A stretch of 64,000 bases of DNA. Origin: a virus. Each line of letters starts with the position of its first letter. Position 1 is the first letter of the stretch. Made by a program: the position numbers and the translations under genes. Shown in pieces: positions 38,372 to 48,707 of the stretch. The notes beneath the pieces were generated by a model. That model had not been told where the DNA came from and searched no databases. It saw nothing but the letters and a program-made list of their open reading frames with translations. The stretch is taken from the IMG/VR virus record IMGVR_UViG_3300009285_002455, one strand, 5' to 3'.

Positions 38372-38779
38372 ATGTATGATATAAAATGTACAGAATGTAA
38401 AGGTTTGCTAATAGTGGATATGGAATTATCCAGAGAACACTTGTGGACTTCTGATAAAGTTATGTACACCAATACAGGGGTACTAATCGAAGAAACAATA
38501 AATTCTGAGTTAGTATATAGATGCATAAATTGTGAAAAATTATTTAATTTGACATATAAAGATTGGGAATCGCAAATTAGAAAACAGTTGGCTGAGGAAA
38601 TAATGCATTTAAAGAGACGTATATCTTTTAGAAGTTTGGACCCGTATATAATAGACCCAGACAACGGTTTAACATTCTGTGGTCAATGCCCTGGTTATGA
38701 TAATTTAGGTAACTGCTTTTTAGATATAGTAACAAGATGTGAATTAAGAAAACAAAAGTTGGATAAAAATGGCCTATAA
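38372..38779 (+). CDS. small Zn-finger-like protein
   Basis: CxxC x3 (CTEC, CINC, CGQC), 135 aa, AAAGGTGG RBS. Confidence 0.6.
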   Translation: MYDIKCTECKGLLIVDMELSREHLWTSDKVMYTNTGVLIEETINSELVYRCINCEKLFNLTYKDWESQIRKQLAEEIMHLKRRISFRSLDPYIIDPDNGLTFCGQCPGYDNLGNCFLDIVTRCELRKQKLDKNGL

Positions 38780-41700
38780 TTTTTTAAATACTGCCCATAA
38801 AATAAGCAATGATTTAAGTTGTGTATACGATAATTCTAACGCGTATATTACCGACTTTTCTACTAACGGTAACGTAGGTGGATGGGACGTTTATTATAAT
38901 GTGTACTTTTACGGTTGCTGGCATAATGTCCTGTTTGGTACCGCTGCCGATAGATCCTGTTATATTGGTAGAACAGATAACATGCTACCTATTACAGCAG
39001 AAGATTATTATTATGTAAAAATAATGTTGAAAATTACTAATAATAATAAAGATAAACGTAATCAAGGTTTAACAAAAGGTAAATTACGTTGGATAACATT
39101 AACCGATGACATTTGGGACAGCAATAAAGAGTTTGAGTTTGATCTCATTGTAGACGATCAATGGCATTTATATGTATTAAATTTAGGCCCCAGCAAATAC
39201 TGGGTTGGGGACATTTGTAATCTACGTGTATACCCTTTTATAGACGGTTGGGAGAAAGATCAATTTGCTATAAAATATATAACTATAAGCTCATCAGATA
39301 AGTTTAAATGTGTTAATACACAATGCTCTTATTACCAAAATTATACACATCCATGTCCTGGTGCCGGAGAACGTGGGTATTGTGTGGCTGGGCAAGGGTA
39401 TGAACAATATACAACTACGTCTGGTAGTGATATTGTATTAATAAATATAGATGGTTATGGTGAAGCTAAATTTCATTTAGGAGATAATTCCAATGTAACT
39501 ATATATGAAATGGCTCACATATTAAATACTAAATTAGGTTCTTTAAGTATTGGTGGTTATTGCTACTCCTCTGTTGAAGTAGATCAAGGAAAGTTAAAAA
39601 TACGCTCTGGTACAACAGGTGCTAATAGTAGTGTTTATGTAGCTCATAGTCAAGCCGCTGTGGTGTTAGGTTTTTTTAATGACTCCGCCGCTAACATATC
39701 AACCTGTGTCGATGGGACAGACTTTGCTTCTGGTTTTGATTATGCTTCAAGTCGCCTGCTAACTGCCACAGAATTAGGTAGTCTGATTGATAGTAATACT
39801 AATATCATAGGCTACACACACAATGCACAACAATATAACGTAGAAGGAGGTAGATCTGACTATAATGAAATTGGCTACACCTCATCAACCGCATATGTAC
39901 AAGGGGATGAAGGAGTCACATTAGTAAATAGAGGTAAAACTATAATAGATTGGTCTCATCCTTTTAATAGCAACGGTAAAATAAAACATATATACGTATA
40001 TGCTACAAGATATGACAATGCTAAAATTTTAATTTGCCGCCCCAAATTAGATGGAACACTTAGCATCATATACTCTTTACCATTTCCACAATTAACAGGT
40101 AATTTTTATTCTAACATTAGCTTTACACATTGTATAGACTGTGATATACTTGTAAACAAAGGTGATTTGTTAGCTATATACGATGCTGATGTTTCAATAG
40201 GCATATCTTTAACAAATAAGCCTGATGCCACATACAGCCAATTAGATGGAGAGCCGACAGGTACTTTTAATCCAGGTACTGCATATTCTATGGGTGTAGG
40301 AGGTTTAGCCATATATGCAAGAAGTGATAAATATCAAACAAATACTCTTCTTGATATTGATTTTGGTGATAGGTTGAATATTGAAGAATTTACTATATAT
40401 GGTAAAGAGTCAGCAGACTACTTTGAATATAATGTGGCGATGTGTTTAGATGTAAATTGGCGTGTAAATTTACATGGAGGTAGTCATAAGCATACAATAT
40501 GGACCGCCACAACCTCTTATACAGTTACGCACACTAATATAGCTTATGGGTTAGAGTCTCTTTCTGATGGAAAAATAATTGCTGAAAATAATATAGCTGG
40601 ACAATCATACACAACTGATACAACTGGTTTAGTCACTGCTGGAACACACTCATACTTTTACGTTAATGGTGACGCTGAATGGTTACAACCAGAGGAATTT
40701 GGTCCTACGGTAATGGCCAATGTGTACGAATTTGTAGAAGATCCAGTAACATTAACTTTGGTTTTTCCTACCAATAAATCGTGTGAAATACATAAATCTA
40801 TAATATATTTTAAAGAAGAAGATAATTTTAGAAGTTTTGCCTTATATACTGGTTTAGGTGTATATGGATACAACGGTGATTACGTTGATGCACAACACAA
40901 ACTAATACCAAAATATAATTATATAAAAATAGACGGCATAAACTATGATTATACAAACAATGAAGATATAGAGGCTTACCTATTTAGTAATCCTTGTTCT
41001 ATTGATATATTGCATGATGGCGATGGTTACATGGTCGATACAGACAACTTTTTTGCGGCAAACGCAGCCTATTGGACCGTGCTAGAACATGGTTTTGATC
41101 CTATTAATAGTTTCGACTTTAATATAAGGTGTAATTACCATAATAGTACTAAAATAACTGAAATAGAAGTTTATAGTAGGATGTACTTTGAACCGTCAAT
41201 AATTGATAATGTGTCACTTATTTATTCTACTTATGGTGAAGAATGGAAAGATGCTGTATTTAATGTAGAAGAAGCAGACATAATAAGTGCTTTTATAGGT
41301 GGCGCCCCAAGATACATGAAGCTATCATTACAAACCACCACTTCTTTTAGTGTTAATGAACTTTTTTGTAAAACAGGGGATCAAGTAAAAACTTCAAAAT
41401 GTGATGACAGCATATTATTGGACGATGCTAAAAATGGTGTTGTTAATAATAGTAAACTTTACTATGTAGAAAATATTTATGATAGGCCTTTTGATCTTAT
41501 AGTTGATATACCAAAAACAACCAATGTAGATACTTCTGGTATAGTATTTTGGAGTAAATTAAACAAACAAGAGGATATCGATAATCCTGATATTGGGCCG
41601 CCGGCCATATTAAGAAAAGCAGAAGATTTTATATTAAACACTGATAGTGGACAATGTGCTATTAATACTCCGTGTTATGGTTTGAATAATCTAATTAATA

Positions 41701-44700
41701 ATAAAGAAGCTTACTACTCCTGTAATGAACACGATTGGTTTTCGTATGACACTCTAATTTCGGGTACAAGTTTAAACTTTAATTTAGATGGTTATTTAAA
41801 TACTCAAATTACTGAAATAACCGTTCCAGAAGTCTCCGCTACTTATTGGAAATTACAATTAGACTCTATTAGTAAAGACTGTATTTTAAAGGATATATTA
41901 GCTTTTTATGATGATGTCCGTGTACCAATAGAACTTGTTTATTTAAATCAAACCATTGGTACTACCTCCATGACTAATGCGCTATTAAGTAATGGTGTAG
42001 ATATTGATGTACCAACACTCGTAACTGGTAATGACACCTTTGACGGTATAGACGGGGCTAACTATAATACTTATCTATGGCAGGATAATATGCTTTTTGA
42101 TGATTCAGCCTCTTACTGCCATATAGTTAGTAATAAATTACAGTTGAATCTGACTACTTCTGAGGATGGCACTTACGTGCTTAATTATATACCTATAATA
42201 GACTCAGATTTTTCGGCGGAAGTGAGTGTACTTATATCTTTTCCAAGTCAAGCAGACAGACTTAGTGTAGGCCTAGGTATTAGAGGAGAACGTGGGGGCT
42301 TTGTCGGTATAAGAAAGCATATATACAGTAGTTCAGGAAGGTACTATAATTTCGATAAAGATGCTTGGTATAGTTCTGTAAATTACATTTACAATGCTAT
42401 ATTAAACTTTGACTTAAAAATAACAAAAGTTGGAACATTGATATCTTGTTATTTTAGAACCACGGGTGTATCCACTTGGACTACTCTATCTTCTGGCTAT
42501 AATTATGACGGTTTTACTAATGATAGATTAAAAATTGAACTCTATACTCATATATTACTAGCATTTCCTAATGTAGTAGTTACATTTGATAATTTTATTT
42601 TAACGGCCACAAATATACTTTATCCGGCTTTAATATATTCTTCTAATTATGCTTTGGGGTTTAAAACTATAACCAATGATCCTATTAATAAAATAAAATT
42701 AGTACATGGTGCATCAACGTTACAAAACCCAGAATTGCTTATTAGCTATAATAATATTAATTATTTCACAATAGGCAACTATACAAGCACCACGTCAAAC
42801 CATTCTGTGCATTTAGCAATAGATTTATTAAAAAGACATAATTTAAACATAATACGTAATTATGGTGTGTTAGATAATAAGTTATTTTTATCAACTGATT
42901 TAAATGTAGATTATGCTAATACTAATACCACACTCCCAACTAATGTTACTTTTAATAATAGTAATAAAACAGATGCTCGTTGGGTACGAATTAATATATC
43001 CGCGTCAGATACCACATTAAAGGTTATAGATAAATTGGGTATATATCCTAATATAGCAGCGACCTATTGTATAGATGGTGGCTATAATTGTGAATGGTCT
43101 TCTCTTGGGACTACACTTTCTGATTATAGTTTACCCAGTAATGTAGCATATGGATCATCTGTTGAAGCAACTAATTATATAGATTACATGACCCCTGATA
43201 AAGCAGTAGATGGTAAATACTCTTCTGGTAATACAGAGGATTGTTGGGCTTTTGATGGAATAAGTCCGCACATAGATATATTATTTAATAATGATTATGT
43301 AGTAAATAAAGCAAGAATACACCACTCATTTAGTGTGGATGATTCCAATTTTATAAATAGTGCTTTTACTGGTTATATATCTACAACAATTTCAGGAGAA
43401 AATTTTATACAGGTATTTAATACATCCAGTAATATGTCCAATGAAACCACCCACTATTTTGATCCTGTTACTGCACGTAGATTTAGACTTGTGATAGACT
43501 CTTATACTAATACACCTATTTATTTAGGGGATGGCTCCTATTTTACTGGTAGTTTTTTAAGAGAAATTGAAATTTACACTGCCATGCAAACTACTTACAT
43601 CGATAGTGAGCGCTTTCCCATAGTTTGTATGAATTTAAAAGACAGTTTCACCGTAATAGGGCATGAATTAATCAGCAACGATCCTAATAATTTAGATATA
43701 GCATGGAATAATTCAAATGAGTTTTTTAAATACTCTGAAAGTTTGTCAGATGACCCTAAAAAAGTATCTTTTAATTTAGACGGCGATTATACTCTTATAT
43801 ACTATACTGCAGAAGACTCTGGAGATCAAGCAGGTTCATTGGAGTACTTATTAGAGAGCTCTTTATACTTAGATAAAGGACCTTATGTTGTACGATGGCA
43901 GGGATATGATTTGACCTCCGAAGGAGAAAGTGGTGTACGTTTGGAAGGTAACAGCGTAATTGATGCTCCTGGCGCTAACACAGGTGTTGCTATATGGGTA
44001 GATCAAGAAGTGTCAATAACAATACTCGACAGTGGCTACTATACAGTAAAGGGATATCAGTTCATAAATACCGATGAAAGTTGGGGTATTAGAAATGTAG
44101 GTATATACAGAATATCAGATTATTCAAGATGGTTGGCTATTACCCGTGATACGGCCACAAATTACGCCTACGACAATATTACTTCCGAAGAGGGTGTAGA
44201 TACACTTAGCCTAATAAAAGTGTATGGCGAAGGTTCTTATGCCCCTACTGCGTACTCCTGGTGGTGGACATCCACCATTAGCACATTAAGTAATGATTTA
44301 CAGTTTGTAAAAGATTCTAATAAGTCACTAAAAATTGCATATCCTGCTTCTACTGAGGAGGATACTGTGGTGTTTATCCCTGGGGATAACCTTGGTATTG
44401 ATGATAAATGGTCCATTAAAGACTTATTTACTTTTCAATTATATGTTTCGGACGCAAGCAAAATAGATAGCTCTTTTGGTGATATAACATTAGGTATAGC
44501 TAATACAAATAAAGAAAACTATTATAGATGGTCTTTAAATGACATTACCTTAGTAACAGGATGGAATAGTATAAGACTTAAATTTGAGGATTACAGTTCA
44601 TTATACCCATTGAACGATAACTCTTTTTATAACCTAATAAATCAAGATCTTAATTTTGCATACGCGGAGGAAGGATTTAATTATGTTATGCTTAGATATA

Positions 44701-45569
44701 GAGGCACCGGGCAAGCTGTAACACTTTATATGACCTCGCTAAAAATAGAACGAAATTGTTTTGATGACGTAGTTAAGTTTAATAATGGGCTTTATTTAAA
44801 CAACAGGGATTTTTTACAGATACCAGTTAGTGGTCTTAATTTAACTAAGGGTACAATTGAATTTTGGCTTAAAACTTATTATGACTCCTATGGTAGAGAC
44901 ATATTTGATAAATTGCATTCAAGAACACTATTTTCAATAGTAAACAATGATAATAACATAGTATCCCTTGGTATTAAATCAGGACATTGGTTTGAGCTTG
45001 CCGCGGGGCATATCAGACGTAATATAAATTTAGTTAATGCAGATGCTTCCTTTGCTCTATCAGGCTACTTCGATATTAATACTTTAATGCACGTGGCTGT
45101 TGTATGGGATAACAACGGTATTACTACTGATAATAACGATACCATTAGATTATATATTAATAATGTTCTTATATACAGTGGTAAAACCACGTGGGAAATC
45201 AAGGATACAAAGGATTTAATTATACGTTTGGCTGGTGGTAACACGCCCTTAGCTTATAACTATGATTCCCCTTCTGGCGGGGGTGTGTACGAGAACCTTA
45301 AACTTTATAATTATTGTAAAACAACTTTTGATATAAATAAACAGGATATAAGTACGGATATAGCTTATGATCCAAACGACTACATGGAGATATCCTCCGA
45401 TAATATAACCTTCTATAATATAGGTAGTGCCGAACTACCCATAACTTTTACTCAGGTGCCTGTCGGCGAGAAAAGGGCTATTTATATAAGAGCCAATAAA
45501 ACAAAAGGCAATTTTAATAATAGCGGAAAGACAGGACAATTATTAATATCTTGGCTAACCACGGTGTAA
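38769..45569 (+). CDS. very large multidomain carbohydrate-binding tail fibre/baseplate protein
   Basis: 2266 aa. ConA-like module ~42027-42612; F5/8C (discoidin)-like segment (NVAYG...PDKAVDG...TARRFRLVI); C-terminal LamG-like domain (KGTIEFWLK...MHVAVVWD...IRLYINN). Confidence 0.6.
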   Translation: MAYNFLNTAHKISNDLSCVYDNSNAYITDFSTNGNVGGWDVYYNVYFYGCWHNVLFGTAADRSCYIGRTDNMLPITAEDYYYVKIMLKITNNNKDKRNQGLTKGKLRWITLTDDIWDSNKEFEFDLIVDDQWHLYVLNLGPSKYWVGDICNLRVYPFIDGWEKDQFAIKYITISSSDKFKCVNTQCSYYQNYTHPCPGAGERGYCVAGQGYEQYTTTSGSDIVLINIDGYGEAKFHLGDNSNVTIYEMAHILNTKLGSLSIGGYCYSSVEVDQGKLKIRSGTTGANSSVYVAHSQAAVVLGFFNDSAANISTCVDGTDFASGFDYASSRLLTATELGSLIDSNTNIIGYTHNAQQYNVEGGRSDYNEIGYTSSTAYVQGDEGVTLVNRGKTIIDWSHPFNSNGKIKHIYVYATRYDNAKILICRPKLDGTLSIIYSLPFPQLTGNFYSNISFTHCIDCDILVNKGDLLAIYDADVSIGISLTNKPDATYSQLDGEPTGTFNPGTAYSMGVGGLAIYARSDKYQTNTLLDIDFGDRLNIEEFTIYGKESADYFEYNVAMCLDVNWRVNLHGGSHKHTIWTATTSYTVTHTNIAYGLESLSDGKIIAENNIAGQSYTTDTTGLVTAGTHSYFYVNGDAEWLQPEEFGPTVMANVYEFVEDPVTLTLVFPTNKSCEIHKSIIYFKEEDNFRSFALYTGLGVYGYNGDYVDAQHKLIPKYNYIKIDGINYDYTNNEDIEAYLFSNPCSIDILHDGDGYMVDTDNFFAANAAYWTVLEHGFDPINSFDFNIRCNYHNSTKITEIEVYSRMYFEPSIIDNVSLIYSTYGEEWKDAVFNVEEADIISAFIGGAPRYMKLSLQTTTSFSVNELFCKTGDQVKTSKCDDSILLDDAKNGVVNNSKLYYVENIYDRPFDLIVDIPKTTNVDTSGIVFWSKLNKQEDIDNPDIGPPAILRKAEDFILNTDSGQCAINTPCYGLNNLINNKEAYYSCNEHDWFSYDTLISGTSLNFNLDGYLNTQITEITVPEVSATYWKLQLDSISKDCILKDILAFYDDVRVPIELVYLNQTIGTTSMTNALLSNGVDIDVPTLVTGNDTFDGIDGANYNTYLWQDNMLFDDSASYCHIVSNKLQLNLTTSEDGTYVLNYIPIIDSDFSAEVSVLISFPSQADRLSVGLGIRGERGGFVGIRKHIYSSSGRYYNFDKDAWYSSVNYIYNAILNFDLKITKVGTLISCYFRTTGVSTWTTLSSGYNYDGFTNDRLKIELYTHILLAFPNVVVTFDNFILTATNILYPALIYSSNYALGFKTITNDPINKIKLVHGASTLQNPELLISYNNINYFTIGNYTSTTSNHSVHLAIDLLKRHNLNIIRNYGVLDNKLFLSTDLNVDYANTNTTLPTNVTFNNSNKTDARWVRINISASDTTLKVIDKLGIYPNIAATYCIDGGYNCEWSSLGTTLSDYSLPSNVAYGSSVEATNYIDYMTPDKAVDGKYSSGNTEDCWAFDGISPHIDILFNNDYVVNKARIHHSFSVDDSNFINSAFTGYISTTISGENFIQVFNTSSNMSNETTHYFDPVTARRFRLVIDSYTNTPIYLGDGSYFTGSFLREIEIYTAMQTTYIDSERFPIVCMNLKDSFTVIGHELISNDPNNLDIAWNNSNEFFKYSESLSDDPKKVSFNLDGDYTLIYYTAEDSGDQAGSLEYLLESSLYLDKGPYVVRWQGYDLTSEGESGVRLEGNSVIDAPGANTGVAIWVDQEVSITILDSGYYTVKGYQFINTDESWGIRNVGIYRISDYSRWLAITRDTATNYAYDNITSEEGVDTLSLIKVYGEGSYAPTAYSWWWTSTISTLSNDLQFVKDSNKSLKIAYPASTEEDTVVFIPGDNLGIDDKWSIKDLFTFQLYVSDASKIDSSFGDITLGIANTNKENYYRWSLNDITLVTGWNSIRLKFEDYSSLYPLNDNSFYNLINQDLNFAYAEEGFNYVMLRYRGTGQAVTLYMTSLKIERNCFDDVVKFNNGLYLNNRDFLQIPVSGLNLTKGTIEFWLKTYYDSYGRDIFDKLHSRTLFSIVNNDNNIVSLGIKSGHWFELAAGHIRRNINLVNADASFALSGYFDINTLMHVAVVWDNNGITTDNNDTIRLYINNVLIYSGKTTWEIKDTKDLIIRLAGGNTPLAYNYDSPSGGGVYENLKLYNYCKTTFDINKQDISTDIAYDPNDYMEISSDNITFYNIGSAELPITFTQVPVGEKRAIYIRANKTKGNFNNSGKTGQLLISWLTTV

Positions 45570-45578
45570 GAAACATAA

Positions 45579-48500
45579 ATGGCAAAGTATAATTTAATAA
45601 ATAATGGTATAGTATACACATTAACCGGAGCTGGTACCGGTAATAAAGTGTTAACAAACAGTCAATTAGCCACACTAATAGATGGTACAACTACTTCTGG
45701 TGGCGTAATTCTAACTTCCACAGACGTACTTTATTTAGAAGCGGATTTATCCGCAAGAATAAAGACAGATGAAATTAGGTTGTATGCCGATGATTTAACC
45801 GCGTTAAACGATATCGATTTTTACTATAAAAACACAACAGAAGATTCTTACACTGTTTGTAGTAAAGGGGTTACAACAGACTATTACTATGCTACAATAC
45901 CGGGATTATCGGCGCCAAGGTATGTTTTAACCACAATCAGTGGTATGGATGCTACACTACATGAGTACATTGTTTATAACGACGACTACATTATAGGTTT
46001 TGGTGATGATGGTTCAGCCTCAGCTGTATATTTAGACAGCGCACCCGTAGGAGAAGACAGTGCTGCATACCCTGTAACTATATTTAATAATTCAACAATA
46101 CAATATCCAGCTGATGCTTATGTTATAATAGACTATACAGGTAACGCATCAGACTATTACGTAAAAATATCTGAAACAGAAAACGGGCCCTATTATGATA
46201 TAACTGATGGGTTTATATTAACAGATGATAACACCTCTTCTAAATACCGTTGGTCACAAGGAACATTAAGTAATATAGAAATTGTTAACAATGACTATAT
46301 ACAGATAGATTCAATAGTAGGCACACCTGGTAAATTAGGTGATATTCCAGCAGTGTTTGTAGGAACAAGCGGCACCCCTTGGCTATACGACAACACAGCT
46401 AATGTGATATACTCTATACATTACGATGGAACACTTAAGCTATACAAATATGATTTAAATACATATAGTTGGACCTACATAAGCTGGCTACCAACATATA
46501 GCCTCGGGTTTAATGTAAATTTAGTTACAATGGCCAAAGCAGCTAATTATATATATCTTACTTTTTCTGCTAATTATAGCAATGTTAATTGGTTTGGTAG
46601 ATACGATCTAACAGGGGCTCAAGGTAATTTTACCTGGCTTGCTTCCTCTCCTGTTGTTATGGTATTACAAGCAGGCGGAGTAAGTATGGTTTACGGTGAA
46701 AATGGATTTATATACTTTGGTGTTGGTGGTGCCTATTCAGTAAGTTATTTACTTAGCTACTCAATAGCTTCCAACACGTGGACTCAACTTGCTGCCCCCT
46801 TACCTTACTTTTCTGCCTCCGGTAATATAAGAGCTACTTTATTGTTGGATTCAACAAGAAATTGTTTATACTTTTTAACTGGCAGAGGTACCATCGGGCA
46901 ATACGTACAGCGTTACGATATAGCAATCAATTTTTGGAATACTACATGGTTTGATCATTATAATAGGTTGGGCACTATTTTTAATTACTTGAATATGACA
47001 TACTATAATAATAAGTTATACTTTGCGGAAAACAGTTATGGTAATATTATCTACACGTATGACATTACAACAGACACAGTAGATCATATAAGTACAGGCT
47101 ATACAATGGCTACCACAGAAGATCCTAATATAATAGCTATTCCGCCACAAAGGCCTCTTGATCCAGAAGTAACATTATTTTTAAGTAATATATCAGGGGA
47201 TATATTGGGTCTTTACGGCTATAATGTTGATTCTTCTATGAGTATTTTAGAAGACAATATAGGTTATTATACAACGCCTATTTTTGATGTGGAGAATAAA
47301 GATAATTCCAGTTATTTTATAGTAGACGAAACTACTGTTGAAGGTATGTCCTTTATATCCAAAGATGAATCAGTTGCTAATGGTACAATAGAAGTTAGAA
47401 GCAGTGATATTGCGCCTAAACCAATAATAAAAATATATTGGCCACATAATATAGATGGGTACTATTCAACACGTTTTAATGAGTATGACATAGTAGCAAA
47501 TACAGTAAGCACCTTTACTATTACCACAACAACTCCTTCAGTGACATCCAAAGCATTAGCTGTTAATCCTATAAAGGGCAATAAATATTTGTCCATTGAT
47601 AGAAACCTCACCGTCACGTACGACAATCTGCTGGCGCTAGTTAGTATTAACAATGTGACACTTTACACAACTTCTGATGGTTTCGCGGATTATACAAATA
47701 GTCATTTTAGTAAATTAGTAGAATTTACTTACGATGATAAACTTTGGGGGTATACTGGCGGTAATTACTTAGCTCACTTGTCTATCAATTATTCACCTTA
47801 TTCCCTTAATATACTACTACATACAGCTGTTGCAAACATAATAAGTTTATCTGCTGAGTATGATGGGACAGGAGTGTGGTACGTCGATGATGATTTATCC
47901 AGAGTTATACATTTATCGGGCAGTCACGCGCAGCTTGCATCTGTTTATACTCTTACAACACCCTATCAAGTAGCCTCATCTACCGGCGGCACTGCTTGGG
48001 CATCAGATATAGGTACTTCAAAAGTTCATTTGTTGGACACAAACGGTGCTATATTAAAAACAGTTACTACTCCTAAGCCTTTGTATGAAATGACGCGTGA
48101 TTATCGGGGTGGTTTTTTTGCTGCCGCCGAAAGTTCAGAAGGCGATATATACCACTATGCAGCAGATGGTGCTATGGATATGCATATAACGGCACAATTT
48201 GCCGTTAGTGGTATGAAGGGGTGTCCTTACGGTTGTGTTTTATATTTCGATACATCTAAAACAATAAAGTATGTTGATCTGGCTACAAGCAGTATATTAA
48301 GAACATATAGTTTAACCTCCAATTATGTCAGTTATCCAGATATATTTTGGTGCGACTTAGCTTCATCACAGACAAACTTTGAGAGTCAAGGATCTATATT
48401 AATACCACAAACTGCTGATCCTGTTTGGTCAACATTGGCTTGGACGGAAGTACCAAAAAATGGTTATTTTTTACCAAAAAGTAGGTACCATCAAGCAAGA

Positions 48501-48692
48501 CTGACCTTACAATCCAACTATTCGGCAATAAATGCTAAGGTCAATTCTATTAGTATGCAAAAACCTATAAAGATATCCAGTATACAACCAAATAGTGGGC
48601 AAGATATGTATATTAAAACAACCATTCCAAGTGATGCTGTATTGGACGACTATTCAGCCAAACTCAAAACTTGGTGGGATATACAAGAATAA
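45579..48692 (+). CDS. putative tail fibre/spike protein with beta-propeller-like repeats
   Basis: 1037 aa. Kelch-like blades (YDLNTYSWTYI, YSIASNTWTQLA, YDIAINFWNT, YDITTDTVDHI) and NHL-like repeats (YQVASSTGGTAWASDIGTSKVHLLDTNG). Confidence 0.55.
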   Translation: MAKYNLINNGIVYTLTGAGTGNKVLTNSQLATLIDGTTTSGGVILTSTDVLYLEADLSARIKTDEIRLYADDLTALNDIDFYYKNTTEDSYTVCSKGVTTDYYYATIPGLSAPRYVLTTISGMDATLHEYIVYNDDYIIGFGDDGSASAVYLDSAPVGEDSAAYPVTIFNNSTIQYPADAYVIIDYTGNASDYYVKISETENGPYYDITDGFILTDDNTSSKYRWSQGTLSNIEIVNNDYIQIDSIVGTPGKLGDIPAVFVGTSGTPWLYDNTANVIYSIHYDGTLKLYKYDLNTYSWTYISWLPTYSLGFNVNLVTMAKAANYIYLTFSANYSNVNWFGRYDLTGAQGNFTWLASSPVVMVLQAGGVSMVYGENGFIYFGVGGAYSVSYLLSYSIASNTWTQLAAPLPYFSASGNIRATLLLDSTRNCLYFLTGRGTIGQYVQRYDIAINFWNTTWFDHYNRLGTIFNYLNMTYYNNKLYFAENSYGNIIYTYDITTDTVDHISTGYTMATTEDPNIIAIPPQRPLDPEVTLFLSNISGDILGLYGYNVDSSMSILEDNIGYYTTPIFDVENKDNSSYFIVDETTVEGMSFISKDESVANGTIEVRSSDIAPKPIIKIYWPHNIDGYYSTRFNEYDIVANTVSTFTITTTTPSVTSKALAVNPIKGNKYLSIDRNLTVTYDNLLALVSINNVTLYTTSDGFADYTNSHFSKLVEFTYDDKLWGYTGGNYLAHLSINYSPYSLNILLHTAVANIISLSAEYDGTGVWYVDDDLSRVIHLSGSHAQLASVYTLTTPYQVASSTGGTAWASDIGTSKVHLLDTNGAILKTVTTPKPLYEMTRDYRGGFFAAAESSEGDIYHYAADGAMDMHITAQFAVSGMKGCPYGCVLYFDTSKTIKYVDLATSSILRTYSLTSNYVSYPDIFWCDLASSQTNFESQGSILIPQTADPVWSTLAWTEVPKNGYFLPKSRYHQARLTLQSNYSAINAKVNSISMQKPIKISSIQPNSGQDMYIKTTIPSDAVLDDYSAKLKTWWDIQE

Positions 48693-48707
48693 ATATATAG
48701 GGCTCTA

